From positions 4,206 to 68,205 of the forward strand of contig JAHLMP010000001.1 of the NCBI GenBank assembly GCA_018920315.1: a DNA stretch of 64,000 nt. Direction: 5' to 3'. The position numbers and the translations under genes are program-made. Under the pieces are notes generated by a model that saw only the letters and a program-made list of their open reading frames with translations, was not told the DNA's origin and ran no database searches. The stretch comes from Candidatus Aenigmatarchaeota archaeon (GTDB lineage Archaea; Aenigmatarchaeota; Aenigmatarchaeia; GW2011-AR5; JAHLMP01). Shown here piece by piece: positions 29,020 to 39,493 of the stretch (positions are counted from its first letter, which is position 1; the number at the start of each line of letters is the position of its first letter).

Positions 29020-30219
29020 GTGAAAGGCATTGATGACTTTCTAATGTGGCTTGGTATAGGTCTTGCCTTAATGGCAATTCTTATAGTATTATTTGGCAGA
29101 GGTCCTTTAGAATTTTCTCAAACCCAACAACCAACTTCATTACAACCAAGGGCTATAACTACGATTACTACAACTACAATAGAAAATCTTTCAACAACCT
29201 CGCCAAGTGGAGCTATCTTGGTTGGAAGAATAGAAAGAGAGAGCTGGAGGATAATAAGATTTGATAACATAAATGCAAGTTATCATGCTGGCGAATTACT
29301 GAAAAGCCTAAGCGATAGAAGAATATACAATGGACTTTTGTTTGGTTCTAATAAAGTTGAGATGACTGTAAGTATAGATACTAGTAAAACCATAGGAGCT
29401 TATCTGAGCTTTTTTGTTAATAATACAAATGGCTATGGAGCTTTGATTATAAAAGTAAATGATATAATAATCAATGATAAAAAATTGCCTATAGGCGAAC
29501 ATATATTTTTCCTTAACAATTCTATTTTGAGAGAGAAAAATACAATTGAAATATTTGCTACTAGCTCATCTTGGAAACTTTGGGCACCTACAGTTTATGA
29601 ATTGAGGGATGTAAAATTCGTTTCTCAAGAGCTTTTTGCCAAGAGAAGTAATTACATCTTCAATGTCTATGAAGATGAATTCAAAAATCTTAGAAAAGAT
29701 AAAAAAGCTGAACTCACTCTTGATCTTCGAGAAAGGAGAGGAAAGTTAAAGATAGATGTAAACTCAAATGAAATTTTTAATAGTGAAGTAGAGAAATCTA
29801 GAAAAACTATATATTTCGATCAATCTTTGCTAAAAAAAGAGGTAAATGAAATAGAATTCGTTGCTCTTGATGGAGCTTTTGAAGGCTTTGCAGAGCTTAA
29901 ATTTTATTTCAATGTTTTTGATGAACTAAAAGCAGAGAAATATTTTGAAATATCTCAATATGATTATTCTCAACTTTATAGAAATCCTGGAAGAATAGTA
30001 TTTACCATAGAAGATGTATTATCTCAGGGTGGTCTTTCGGTAATTGTTAGAGACGCTTATGGAAAAGAAACTACGATAGCTTATGATATTGCAAGAAAAG
30101 GTTTTTATAACTATACTTTGCATGCTACTGAATGTTCATATGGAATTAATCGAGTGATAATAAAATCAGTAGATAATGCAAAATTCTATGTTAAAGATAT
30201 AAATATACTTTTAGGATAG
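29020..30219 (+). CDS. hypothetical secreted/membrane-anchored protein
   Basis: N-terminal TM (WLGIGLALMAILIVLF), Thr-rich linker (ITTITTTTIENLSTTS), then a ~330-aa beta-rich region. GTG start in the track. Confidence 0.55.
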   Translation: MKGIDDFLMWLGIGLALMAILIVLFGRGPLEFSQTQQPTSLQPRAITTITTTTIENLSTTSPSGAILVGRIERESWRIIRFDNINASYHAGELLKSLSDRRIYNGLLFGSNKVEMTVSIDTSKTIGAYLSFFVNNTNGYGALIIKVNDIIINDKKLPIGEHIFFLNNSILREKNTIEIFATSSSWKLWAPTVYELRDVKFVSQELFAKRSNYIFNVYEDEFKNLRKDKKAELTLDLRERRGKLKIDVNSNEIFNSEVEKSRKTIYFDQSLLKKEVNEIEFVALDGAFEGFAELKFYFNVFDELKAEKYFEISQYDYSQLYRNPGRIVFTIEDVLSQGGLSVIVRDAYGKETTIAYDIARKGFYNYTLHATECSYGINRVIIKSVDNAKFYVKDINILLG

Positions 30220-30288
30220 TTCAAGAATACAAAGATTATACTTAATTATATTTTTCTTCCTAGATCCCTAAAATCCAAATATCTAATC

Positions 30289-30378
30289 TCAATCCTCAAA
30301 AGGCTCGCAAACAAGACAAACCCAAGAATCGCCTATCTTATACATCTTGGTTCCACAAAGTGGGCAAATGGGCTTCAT
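30289..30378 (-). CDS. 29-aa zinc-ribbon micro-protein (putative)
   Basis: MKPICPLCGTKMYKIGDSWVCLVCEPFED has two CxxC pairs. It lies in an otherwise empty 270-nt spacer upstream of ftsY and is below the ORF-track length cut-off. Confidence 0.4.
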   Translation of the reverse strand: MKPICPLCGTKMYKIGDSWVCLVCEPFED

Positions 30379-30490
30379 ACAATTTAATTTATAGAATAAC
30401 TTATATTTATTCTTTTTTTGTATTTCAAATGTAATATATTTATTGAGTATCCGAATGGCGTTAAGTTATTAGATGATTAAAAATTAAGTA

Positions 30491-31852
30491 CTAAACTTGC
30501 TCGATATCCTTGAAAAGATTGTCCAAAACCTCTTCTGGATTAAAAACTTTGAGGTCTTCATAACCTTGGCCAACGCCTAAAAATAATATTGGCTTTTTTA
30601 GTGTATAAGCAGCAGAAAGAATAGCTCCTCCTTTATCGTAAACATCGACCTTAGTTAATATCATTCCATCTACTCCAACGGCATTATTAAAACTCTCGCA
30701 TTGATTTACAATATCATTACCAGTTAATGCATCTAAAACAAGAATTTTGAGATCTGGCTTATTAACTCTACAGATCTTTTTCAACTCTTCCATTAAATTC
30801 GTATTTGCATGACTTCTTCCTGCTGTATCAGCAAGTATAACATCAATGCTATTTGCTTTTGCATGCTCTATAGCATCGTAAACAACTGCAGCTGCATCTG
30901 CGCCATAGCGATGTTTTATCATTCTAATATTTAGCTTTTTGGCATGCTCTTCTAATTGCTCTATGGATGCTGCTCTAAAAGTATCTGCAGCAGCTATAAC
31001 TACAGAGAAACCTTTCTTCTTCAAAAGATATGCAAGTTTAGCTAATGTTGTTGTTTTTCCACTTCCATTAAAGCCTAAAAATAATATTACTGTTGGCTTT
31101 CCTAATTTTTTATTTTCCTCTATTAATTTTTCTAAATTTATACTTTCTTGATTCAAAATTTCAAAAATTATTCTTCTTAAAGAATTTAACACAACTTTTT
31201 CTATTTCATTTATCTTTATAACTTTACCCACAAGCTCTCTTTTTAGTTCATCGTAAATCTTATTAACAACATCTAGGGCAACGTCTGATTGAAGTAAAGA
31301 GATTTTGATATCGTTTTCTAACTTATTTATATCACTCTCTTTTATCTCCTTTTCTAATTTTAGAATTTTAAATCTTGTTTTCTTTTCCATCTTTTTTTCT
31401 TCTTCGCTTATTAACTTTTTGCTTTCTTTCTCAAGTTTTTCATATTCTTTTTCTTCGATTTTCTTTTCAAATTCTTCTTTGCTTTTCTCTTCTTCCTCTT
31501 TTTTACGCTCTTTTCCAACTTCTTCCTTGATTTCTAATTCTTTTGCTTCCAATTCTTTTTCTTTAGATTCTATTAAACTAGCTTTTTCCTTCTTAATTGT
31601 TTTTTGCTCTTTTTCTATAGCTTCTATTCTTTCTTCTCTTATTTTTTCTATTTCTAACTCTTTTTCATTACTCTCTTCTTCTATTTTTATTTCCTTCTGT
31701 AATAATTCATTTAACGTCTTTTTATTTTCTATCTCTTTTTCTTTTACTTCTTCTAATATTTTTTCTTGTTCTTCTTCCTTCTCTTCTTTGCCTACTTTTT
31801 CTGATATTTTACTTGTTATCTCCTTTATTTTCTTTTTTAAAAATCCAAACAT
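30491..31852 (-). CDS. ftsY: signal recognition particle receptor FtsY with long Glu/Lys-rich N-terminal domain
   Basis: [40 protein letters not shown]. The first ~170 aa are low-complexity E/K repeats. Confidence 0.92.
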   Translation of the reverse strand: MFGFLKKKIKEITSKISEKVGKEEKEEEQEKILEEVKEKEIENKKTLNELLQKEIKIEEESNEKELEIEKIREERIEAIEKEQKTIKKEKASLIESKEKELEAKELEIKEEVGKERKKEEEEKSKEEFEKKIEEKEYEKLEKESKKLISEEEKKMEKKTRFKILKLEKEIKESDINKLENDIKISLLQSDVALDVVNKIYDELKRELVGKVIKINEIEKVVLNSLRRIIFEILNQESINLEKLIEENKKLGKPTVILFLGFNGSGKTTTLAKLAYLLKKKGFSVVIAAADTFRAASIEQLEEHAKKLNIRMIKHRYGADAAAVVYDAIEHAKANSIDVILADTAGRSHANTNLMEELKKICRVNKPDLKILVLDALTGNDIVNQCESFNNAVGVDGMILTKVDVYDKGGAILSAAYTLKKPILFLGVGQGYEDLKVFNPEEVLDNLFKDIEQV

Positions 31853-31985
31853 AACAATCAGGCAATCAATCGAGTTTATGATCTCGAAATATTATTTCGA
31901 GCTTAGAGATAAAATTTAAATGCTAACTCTATAAACTTTAAATACCTAAAGAAATATTTTATTTTCAATTTTATAGAGATGATGG

Positions 31986-32663
31986 GTGTCAAAAGCTATG
32001 GTAGATGAAGAAACACAAGGATTAGAGTCTATAGAATCTTGGATTCCTAGAACAAAGATAGGAAAAGATGTTTTAGAAGGTAAGATCACATCTATTGATG
32101 AAATATTTGAAAGAGGAGAAAAGATAAAAGAGCCAGAAATAGTTGATAAACTACTAAAATTAAAGACTGAAATAATATGGATAGGAGGCTCTCCTGGAAA
32201 AGGAGGAGGAATAAAGAGAACTCCAACAAGAAGAACAGCAAGAATGCACCGCTCAGGAAGAAGATATAAAATTTCTTCTTTAGTTGTTGTTGGCAACGAG
32301 GATGGATATGTTGGTGTTGGCAGGAGTGTAGGAACAACTCATCAAATAGCAATAGAAAAGGCTATAAAAAAGGCGAAACTTAATATAATTCCGGTACTTC
32401 GTGGTTGCGGCTCATGGAGATGTAGATGTAATGAGTTGCATTCAATAAAAAGAAAAACAGAAGGAAAAGCTGGTTCAGTAAGGATAGTTTTAATGCCTGC
32501 TCCCAGAGGCTCAGGATTGGTTTGCTCAGAGGAGCTAAAAAAGCTTTTTATGCTTGCTGGAATAAAAGACATATTGACAAAATCTTTCGGAAAAACAAAG
32601 ACGAGATTTAATCATGTTTTGGCCGCTTTTGATGCTCTAAAAAAATTAAATGCAAGTAGATGA
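31986..32663 (+). CDS. rps5: 30S ribosomal protein uS5
   Basis: WIPRTKIGKDV ..., VVVGNEDGYVGVGRSVG ..., RGCGSWRCRCNELHS ..., GSVRIVLMPAPRGSGLV fit archaeal S5. GTG start, or ATG at 31998. Confidence 0.88.
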   Translation: MSKAMVDEETQGLESIESWIPRTKIGKDVLEGKITSIDEIFERGEKIKEPEIVDKLLKLKTEIIWIGGSPGKGGGIKRTPTRRTARMHRSGRRYKISSLVVVGNEDGYVGVGRSVGTTHQIAIEKAIKKAKLNIIPVLRGCGSWRCRCNELHSIKRKTEGKAGSVRIVLMPAPRGSGLVCSEELKKLFMLAGIKDILTKSFGKTKTRFNHVLAAFDALKKLNASR

Positions 32664-32666
32664 TCT

Positions 32667-32861
32667 ATGATAATTCCTATAAGATGTTTTACATGCGGAA
32701 AGGTTATAGGACATCTTTGGGAAAAATACAAAAAAGAGATTGAAAATGGTAGAGCTCCAAAAGATGTCTTAGATGAGCTTGGTGTTACTAGATATTGCTG
32801 TAGAATGATTTTTCTAACCCATGTCGATAATTTGAAAGAAGTTGCGTCATTCAGAGTTTAA
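32667..32861 (+). CDS. rpoN: DNA-directed RNA polymerase subunit N (Rpo10)
   Basis: MIIPIRCFTCGKVIG ... RYCCRMIFLTHVD, the classic RpoN zinc motif. Confidence 0.92.
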   Translation: MIIPIRCFTCGKVIGHLWEKYKKEIENGRAPKDVLDELGVTRYCCRMIFLTHVDNLKEVASFRV

Positions 32862-33179
32862 TTGCCTTATCTTTAGTTAATATATAAATTTTTGACTTTT
32901 CTTATTTTATGAATTTTACTTATCTAAAGAGATTGATTTTATGTTAATTTTGATCTCAACAAATTATAGAGTTCTTAACCTATCAAGTAAAAAACTAAAA
33001 TTTATTTCGAATGATTCATCGTTTTATCTATTACTCTATGCTAAGTTATGCTCTTATGATAGCAAAAGAGAAATTTAATCTAAATGTCTTAAACAACTCT
33101 TGCTTGGTTTCATTATTCTGGAATTAATCTTAATATTTTTATTATATATTTCTTATTTTTTCGACCAATAAAGACTTTT

Positions 33180-35090
33180 ATGCTCAGAAAGCAAATAAAA
33201 ATTATGAATAAAATAAAAATAATTCTTATCTTCGTAATGATTTCTTTAACTATAGCCTCAATTTATATTCTTAAAGCTATAAAACAAGAAAAACAAGGCA
33301 TTGTAGCTTTTTCTTCTAAGGAGGATTTCAAACTCTACTTAGAGGAAGCTTCTACAAGAACCTATCGCCAAATATTTCTTGGCATGGGCGCTATTAGAGA
33401 GGAATTGGCTGAGATTACTATAGAAAGATTACCTGAGACTACTACATCAGCCATAGGAGAAGAAGCATCTTCTCTTAGAGTTTCGACTACAAATGTTCAG
33501 GTAACTGGGATAGATGAACCTGATATAGTAAAAACTGATGGAAATAACATATATCTTTCTTCTCAAATTTATAGAACTTTTTGGTATGGGCAAAGCATCT
33601 TGCCAAGATATCCTATAGGAGAAACTAAGGTGATAAAATCTTTTCCTCCAGAAGAGCTTGAGCTTAGATCAAAAATAAATGAGAGTGGTTATTTATTGCT
33701 ATATCATAAAAACCTAATTATTTTATCTTATGACGATATAGTAAGTTACGATATTTCAAATCCAGAATCTCCTTCGCAACATTGGAAAATAAAGCTAAAC
33801 AGCAGCTTAGTTTCAGCAAGACTTTATGGCGATAAAATTTACTTAGTAACGAGAAAAGAAATAGATTATTATCATCCTTGTCCAGTAGTACCGCTTTCAA
33901 TAAATGAAAAACCATTATTAATATCTTGCTCTAATATCTATCATCCAACAAGCTACATACCAGCGGATACGACTTATAATATTATTATTTTAAATCCAGA
34001 CGCTGGAGAGATTGAAAAATCTGTATCTTTTATCGGAACTTATGGCGAGTCTATTGTTTACATGTCAGAAAATGCTATATATGTTACTTATACTCAACAA
34101 ACCGACGAGTTTACACTTTACTTAAATTTCTTAAAAGAAAAATGCTCCGATATTCTTCCTTCTTACATCATAAACCAAATAGAAAAAATAGACTCTTATG
34201 ATATAAGTAAAGAAGCAAAAGCTGTGGAGCTCGAAATCATAATCTCAAAATACTTAAACTCTTTGGAAAAAGATGAAAGGAGAAAATTTGAAAATGAGCT
34301 TTCTAATAGAATGTATGATTATGAAAAAGAGCATATGCGAGAGATAACCAAAACAGGAATAGTTAAAATAGATTTGGACATGAATATCAAAGCCTTTGGA
34401 AGCGTGCCAGGCAAGCCTTTAAATCAATTCTCTCTTGATGAATATCAAGGATATTTGAGAGTTGCGACAACAGTTGGCAGCGGAAGCGAAAGTGCAAATG
34501 ATGTTTACATCTTGGATGAAGATCTGAACTTAATTGGCTCTATACTAGATTTGGGTTTGGGTGAAAGAATATATTCGGTTAGATTTATCCAAGATAAGGG
34601 TTATGTTGTAACCTTCAAACAAATAGATCCTTTCTACATTTTAGATTTATCAGACCCTTCACAACCAAAGATGAAAGGAGAGCTTAAAATCCCTGGCTAT
34701 TCCTCTTATCTTCATCCCATAGCTGAGAATAGAATTTTGGGCATAGGTAAAGAGGATTGGAATGTGAAAATCTCGCTATTTGATGTTTCCTCTGCCGAAA
34801 ATCCAAAAGAAGTTAGCAAGTATATATTGGATGAGACCTGGTCAGATATACTAAATACGCATCATGCTTTCTTGCTTGATGAAAAACATAAGATATTCTT
34901 TTTGCCTGGAGGTCGAGGTGGTTATGTGTTTTCTTATGATAATGATAAGCTTGAGTTAAAAAAGGCTATAAGTGAAATTATAGCAAGAAGAGCTGTATAT
35001 ATAGAAGATTATCTTTATGTAATTGGCGATAACAAAATTGTTGTTATTGATGAAATAAGTTGGGAAAAGATAAATGAACTTGAATTTTAA
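33180..35090 (+). CDS. secreted beta-propeller domain protein (COG4880-like)
   Basis: N-terminal signal/anchor. TNVQVTGIDEPDIVKTDGNNIYL and C-terminal blocks (DPFYILDLSDPSQPKMKGELKIPGYSSYLHP, ISLFDVS) resemble the archaeal/bacterial beta-propeller family. Confidence 0.6.
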   Translation: MLRKQIKIMNKIKIILIFVMISLTIASIYILKAIKQEKQGIVAFSSKEDFKLYLEEASTRTYRQIFLGMGAIREELAEITIERLPETTTSAIGEEASSLRVSTTNVQVTGIDEPDIVKTDGNNIYLSSQIYRTFWYGQSILPRYPIGETKVIKSFPPEELELRSKINESGYLLLYHKNLIILSYDDIVSYDISNPESPSQHWKIKLNSSLVSARLYGDKIYLVTRKEIDYYHPCPVVPLSINEKPLLISCSNIYHPTSYIPADTTYNIIILNPDAGEIEKSVSFIGTYGESIVYMSENAIYVTYTQQTDEFTLYLNFLKEKCSDILPSYIINQIEKIDSYDISKEAKAVELEIIISKYLNSLEKDERRKFENELSNRMYDYEKEHMREITKTGIVKIDLDMNIKAFGSVPGKPLNQFSLDEYQGYLRVATTVGSGSESANDVYILDEDLNLIGSILDLGLGERIYSVRFIQDKGYVVTFKQIDPFYILDLSDPSQPKMKGELKIPGYSSYLHPIAENRILGIGKEDWNVKISLFDVSSAENPKEVSKYILDETWSDILNTHHAFLLDEKHKIFFLPGGRGGYVFSYDNDKLELKKAISEIIARRAVYIEDYLYVIGDNKIVVIDEISWEKINELEF

Positions 35091-35244
35091 AAATTTCTTC
35101 GTAAAATTAAGCCTTTCTTCATTCATTACTTCCTTTAGAAATCTCAACAAATTTCGATTATTTAACATTTATCAAATGGAAAAATTTAGCAAAAGATGAT
35201 AGCGATAAAATATCATTTTAAATTTAAATAGATAAATTTAGATT

Positions 35245-36183
35245 ATGATGCTTTTAAGAAAAGAGATTTTAATAAATATCTTAGTTATCTTATTTGTCGC
35301 CTCTGTTGGTAATTGCTCTAAAATAGATAATATTCGAATAAATATCGATCTTACAGAAGATAATCTCGCGATTTTTAATGTTACTATAAACTATCTAGAA
35401 GATGTAGAGATGTCCGATTTCTATACTCTTGCAAAAATAGAGAATATTCATGTTTTTAAGGGTAATGAAGAAATTAACTGCTCTCTTGAAGAGCTGCCTC
35501 TTGGAACATCAATAGTTTGCAAAAATATATTTGCTAAAAATATAACATATACATTTTCTGCTACAAACCTAATAGAAAGTGGTAAAAGGCTTCATATATT
35601 TTCTTATCAATTTCCAATCACAACATTAATGAATAGATTAGAAATATTAATAAAAATACCTCTTGGTGCAGTAATAGCAGATGAAGCCTCTCTTGAATAT
35701 ACTGGATTAAAACCTTTCTACCCCGAAAATGGAGTAAAAGGAAGTGATGGAAGAAGAATTTTTGTAGAATGGAATTTCGAAAATCCGAGGCTTGGAGAAG
35801 CGATAAGAGTTTCAGCAATTTACGAAAAGATTTTGAAAGAAGAAGATAATATATCTTTAATATACTTAACTACTATTATTATTGTTGTTTTTTCATTTGC
35901 TATCATATTCTTAATTATTAGTAGAAAAAGAAAAGATATTTCAAAGGTTTTGCCAATACTTAATGATGCTGAGCGCGTTATAATGGAGGTAATATTAGAA
36001 TCTCCAGAAGTTTTAGATCAAAGAAAGATTGTAAGAGCTACTGGATTTTCAAAAGCTAAGGTTTCTCGGGTGCTTAAAGATTTGGAAGAGCGTGGACTAA
36101 TAAAAAGAGAAAAGGTTGGAAGGGCAACAAAAGTAAAATTGACTTTTGGAAAAGAAGAAAAAGATGAAGAAAAAGTTATTTAG
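35245..36183 (+). CDS. membrane-spanning protein with extracellular N-domain and cytoplasmic winged-helix (MarR/TrmB-like) domain
   Basis: Signal peptide, ~190-aa ectodomain, TM (LIYLTTIIIVVFSFAIIFLII), then LNDAERVIMEVILESPEVLDQRKIVRATGFSKAKVSRVLKDLEERGLIKREKVGR. Confidence 0.6.
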   Translation: MMLLRKEILINILVILFVASVGNCSKIDNIRINIDLTEDNLAIFNVTINYLEDVEMSDFYTLAKIENIHVFKGNEEINCSLEELPLGTSIVCKNIFAKNITYTFSATNLIESGKRLHIFSYQFPITTLMNRLEILIKIPLGAVIADEASLEYTGLKPFYPENGVKGSDGRRIFVEWNFENPRLGEAIRVSAIYEKILKEEDNISLIYLTTIIIVVFSFAIIFLIISRKRKDISKVLPILNDAERVIMEVILESPEVLDQRKIVRATGFSKAKVSRVLKDLEERGLIKREKVGRATKVKLTFGKEEKDEEKVI

Positions 36184-36191
36184 ATAAAAGT

Positions 36192-37049
36192 TTATATAAA
36201 TTTTCTCAGCCCGAGATTATCATTCTTTTGTAAAATTTCTAGGGTATCTAAATCTATTTGCATAAAATCTTTTGCAGCAATAGTTTTTATTCCAGTATTT
36301 TCTTCTACTATTTTTGCTTGCTTATAAACATTATTTTTTAACATACTGAAAGAAAAGTGTTGAAGAATAGCAACTCTTGGTTTTGTATCATTTTTCATTG
36401 AATTTAAAAAGTTTATAACATCGCTCACGCTCATATGCTTTTTTTCACTATCGTTTCTATAACCTCCATAAGGAACTAAAACATTGAAGATTATAAGATC
36501 ACAATTTTCAAAACTTTTCTCTTGATTTTCATAATAAATACCGTCGCTAGTATACCCTATTATTTTGCTTCCTACTATCTTAAATCCAACGCAAGGGGCA
36601 TGATGCTCAGATTTTGCAACAAATATTTTTATATCTTCTTTCTGTAAATTCATTTCTTTGCTACTTATTACTTCGTCTCCTTCTACGCTTCTTATGAAGC
36701 TCGCTATACTTTGATGATATTTGCTTACACATGGATAATATTTTTCACTCAATTCTAGACAATGTTTCTCAGCGATTATTCTTGGATTTTTCATTCCATC
36801 TAAAATAACATTTACATCATTTGCATGATCTATATGAAGATGAGAAAGAAGTAAAAGCTCTGGCTCTTTTAACTTCATTTTCCTAAGCCAAACCAAACTG
36901 CCTGGACCAGGGTCTATTAAAATTGGCAAATTATCTAATAATAAGTGTAAACCACCAGTAGCTCTGACTTGAGAATAAGTTATATTGCTTCCTCCTCCAG
37001 TTCCTAAAAATGTTAAGATATTTTTATTTTCTCTTTTCATTTTTCTCAA
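36192..37049 (-). CDS. metallo-beta-lactamase-fold hydrolase
   Basis: The SHLHIDHANDV (HxHxDH) motif and downstream His/Asp ligand positions. Confidence 0.7.
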   Translation of the reverse strand: MRKMKRENKNILTFLGTGGGSNITYSQVRATGGLHLLLDNLPILIDPGPGSLVWLRKMKLKEPELLLLSHLHIDHANDVNVILDGMKNPRIIAEKHCLELSEKYYPCVSKYHQSIASFIRSVEGDEVISSKEMNLQKEDIKIFVAKSEHHAPCVGFKIVGSKIIGYTSDGIYYENQEKSFENCDLIIFNVLVPYGGYRNDSEKKHMSVSDVINFLNSMKNDTKPRVAILQHFSFSMLKNNVYKQAKIVEENTGIKTIAAKDFMQIDLDTLEILQKNDNLGLRKFI

Positions 37050-37159
37050 CTTAAACCTTATTTAATGCGATTTGCTTATTAAATTCCTTTTTACTGAAAT
37101 AATCTATTGAAAATATTAAGAAAGTATTTAAGAATAAAAATTAAAATCTCAAAATATTT

Positions 37160-37816
37160 TTGAAAGATATGAAACTTTTTCCATCAAAATTCTTTTATAA
37201 GCTTAATAGTAATGTTCTTGAATTTATTGTAGAAAACGATGTATATTATCCAGAAGAAGATTCGATATTCTTTGCAGATACTATTATTGAGTATCTTTCG
37301 AATTATTTTTCGAAATCAAAAGAAGATAAAAGAAAGATAAAAAAGATTTTAGAAGTTGGTTGTGGTTGTGGATTTTTATCTATAATTATTTACAAGTTTT
37401 TTGAAAAAAATCTCGGAAAAGATGTTAAAAGAATGAAATTTGTTGCGATTGATATAAATAGAAAGGCTGTAGAAAATACAAGAATTAATGCAAAGAAACA
37501 CAAAGCAAAAATATTAGTTAAGTTTTCTGATCTTTTTGAGAATATTAAAGAAAAGTTTGATCTAATAATTTTCAACACTCCTTATTTACCAGTAGAAGAG
37601 GATTATAGCTATAGCATCTTCCAAAAAGGAGAAAATACAATTGATAAGTTCTTGAAAAATGTAAAAAATTTCATGAATTATAATGCAGTAATACTTTTTC
37701 TTGTTTCATCTATCACTCCTATAAAAATTCCAAATTCATATATTGCAAGAATAATAAAAAGGAAAAGAATTGATTGGGAAGAGCTAAGAGTTTATGAGAT
37801 AAAGTTAAGATTTTAA
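37160..37816 (+). CDS. SAM-dependent methyltransferase of the HemK/Mtq2 (N5-glutamine) type
   Basis: SAM motif ILEVGCGCGFLS and the N-P-P-Y-like IIFNTPYLP motif. Confidence 0.65.
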   Translation: MKDMKLFPSKFFYKLNSNVLEFIVENDVYYPEEDSIFFADTIIEYLSNYFSKSKEDKRKIKKILEVGCGCGFLSIIIYKFFEKNLGKDVKRMKFVAIDINRKAVENTRINAKKHKAKILVKFSDLFENIKEKFDLIIFNTPYLPVEEDYSYSIFQKGENTIDKFLKNVKNFMNYNAVILFLVSSITPIKIPNSYIARIIKRKRIDWEELRVYEIKLRF

Positions 37817-37867
37817 AAGAGATTTTAGAATTAAAGGTTTATAAAAATCCTATTATACTTTGCCAAA

Positions 37868-39328
37868 TTATCCTTTCACAACTCCAATAGGTACTAATCT
37901 CGCAACAATCTTGCTTATACCTGCCTCTTGGGTAGTTTTGACAACTTCATCAACATCTTTATAAGCTTCTGGTGCTTCTTCAGCAAGGACCTTCCAGCTA
38001 GCAGCTTTAGATATTATGCCTTTCTTCTCAAGTGCTCTTGCAACGTCTTCTCCACGAATACTTTTAACCATGCTAACGCGAGAAGAAACTCTACCAGCTC
38101 CATGAGCAGTAGAATAGAAAGTATCTTTGGCTGTCTCAGCACCTATTAATATATAACTTGCAGTTCCCATGCTTCCTGGAATTAGAACTGGCTGTCCTAT
38201 ATCTTTGTAATCTTTTGGCAAATCTTCGCTTCCAGGAGGAAATGCTCTTGTAGCACCTTTTCTATGAACATAAAATTTTTTGCTATCATGAACCTCTATT
38301 TTTGCTATATTATGCGCGACATCGTATATTAATTCCAAACCAATATCTTTTTCTTTCATCTTCAAAACTTCAATAAAACTTTCTCTTGTCCAATGAGTGA
38401 TCAATTGCCTATTAGCCCATGCATAGTTTGCACTTGCACACATTGCTTGAAAATAATCCTCACATTCTTGTGTGCCTGAAGGAGCATATATTAGCTCGCG
38501 ATCCGGAAGTTTTTTAATTTCGTTGTGAAATCTTCTTTCAAGAATCTGAAGATAGTCTGTACAAACCTGATGCCCTAGGCCGCGAGAGCCAGTATGAATC
38601 ATAACGCAAACCTGGTTTTCTTTTTCTATTCCAAATCTTTTTGCAATATCTGGAATATAAATCTTATCTACCCTTTGAATTTCTAGAAAATGGTTGCCAG
38701 CTCCTAGGCTACCAAGTTGAGGCAATCCCCTTTCCTTTGCTTTTTCTGAAACCTTTTCATGCTTAGCAAACTTTATACAACCCCCTTCTTCAGCATGCTC
38801 CAAATCTTTTCCATTTCCATAATTATTCTTTACTGCCCATTTTGCACCTTCTTCTAGAATATCATCAAGTTGTGCTTTTGTCAATTTTAGTTTTCCTCCA
38901 CGGCCAACACCAGAAGGAATGTTCTTAAAGATCTTTTCTAAAAGCTCTCTTAATTTTGGCTTTATATCGTCTACACTAAGATTTGTTCTTAAAACACGAA
39001 CTCCGCAGTTTATATCAAAACCTATTCCTCCTGGACTTAGTCCTCCTTCTTTTAAGTCAAGAGCAGCAACTCCTCCGATAGGAAAACCATAACCAAAGTG
39101 CATGTCAGGCATCGCTAATGAGTATTTATAAATTCCTGGAAGATGTGCCACATTTATAGCTTGTTTTATTGCCCCATCCTCTACTTCATTAAGAAGCTTC
39201 TCAGAAAGAAACAATCTTGCTGGAACTTTCATCTCACCTTCTTTTTCATACTCCCATATACAATTTCCTATCTTTTTCAGTTTTTTCTTTATTTCATTTG
39301 CCATTTCAATCACTTCAAAAAATTTCAA
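37868..39328 (-). CDS. rtcB: RNA-splicing ligase RtcB
   Basis: MPDMHFGYGFPIGG, GGIGFDINCGVR, GSLGAGNHFLEI, MIHTGSRGLGHQV, TAHGAGR. The likely start is 39304 (MANEIKKK). Confidence 0.95.
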   Translation of the reverse strand: MKFFEVIEMANEIKKKLKKIGNCIWEYEKEGEMKVPARLFLSEKLLNEVEDGAIKQAINVAHLPGIYKYSLAMPDMHFGYGFPIGGVAALDLKEGGLSPGGIGFDINCGVRVLRTNLSVDDIKPKLRELLEKIFKNIPSGVGRGGKLKLTKAQLDDILEEGAKWAVKNNYGNGKDLEHAEEGGCIKFAKHEKVSEKAKERGLPQLGSLGAGNHFLEIQRVDKIYIPDIAKRFGIEKENQVCVMIHTGSRGLGHQVCTDYLQILERRFHNEIKKLPDRELIYAPSGTQECEDYFQAMCASANYAWANRQLITHWTRESFIEVLKMKEKDIGLELIYDVAHNIAKIEVHDSKKFYVHRKGATRAFPPGSEDLPKDYKDIGQPVLIPGSMGTASYILIGAETAKDTFYSTAHGAGRVSSRVSMVKSIRGEDVARALEKKGIISKAASWKVLAEEAPEAYKDVDEVVKTTQEAGISKIVARLVPIGVVKG

Positions 39329-39493
39329 AAGTAAAAGCCGTATAAGATATAATGTTGAATTATTAATAAAAATTTATTACATTTAATTTCAAGGATTTAA
39401 AGCTAATTATAGTGAATCAAAATTTGCTTATTTTATTCTTACATATTTTGTCGTTCAAGATTTAAAATAGAATACTTAAAATTTTATTACTTT

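Noticed and set aside
31305-31919. 204-aa plus-strand ORF (Ser/Phe/Leu-rich)
   Set aside because: It is the antisense shadow of the GAA/AAG-rich N-terminal region of ftsY. The product is low-complexity and has no start context.
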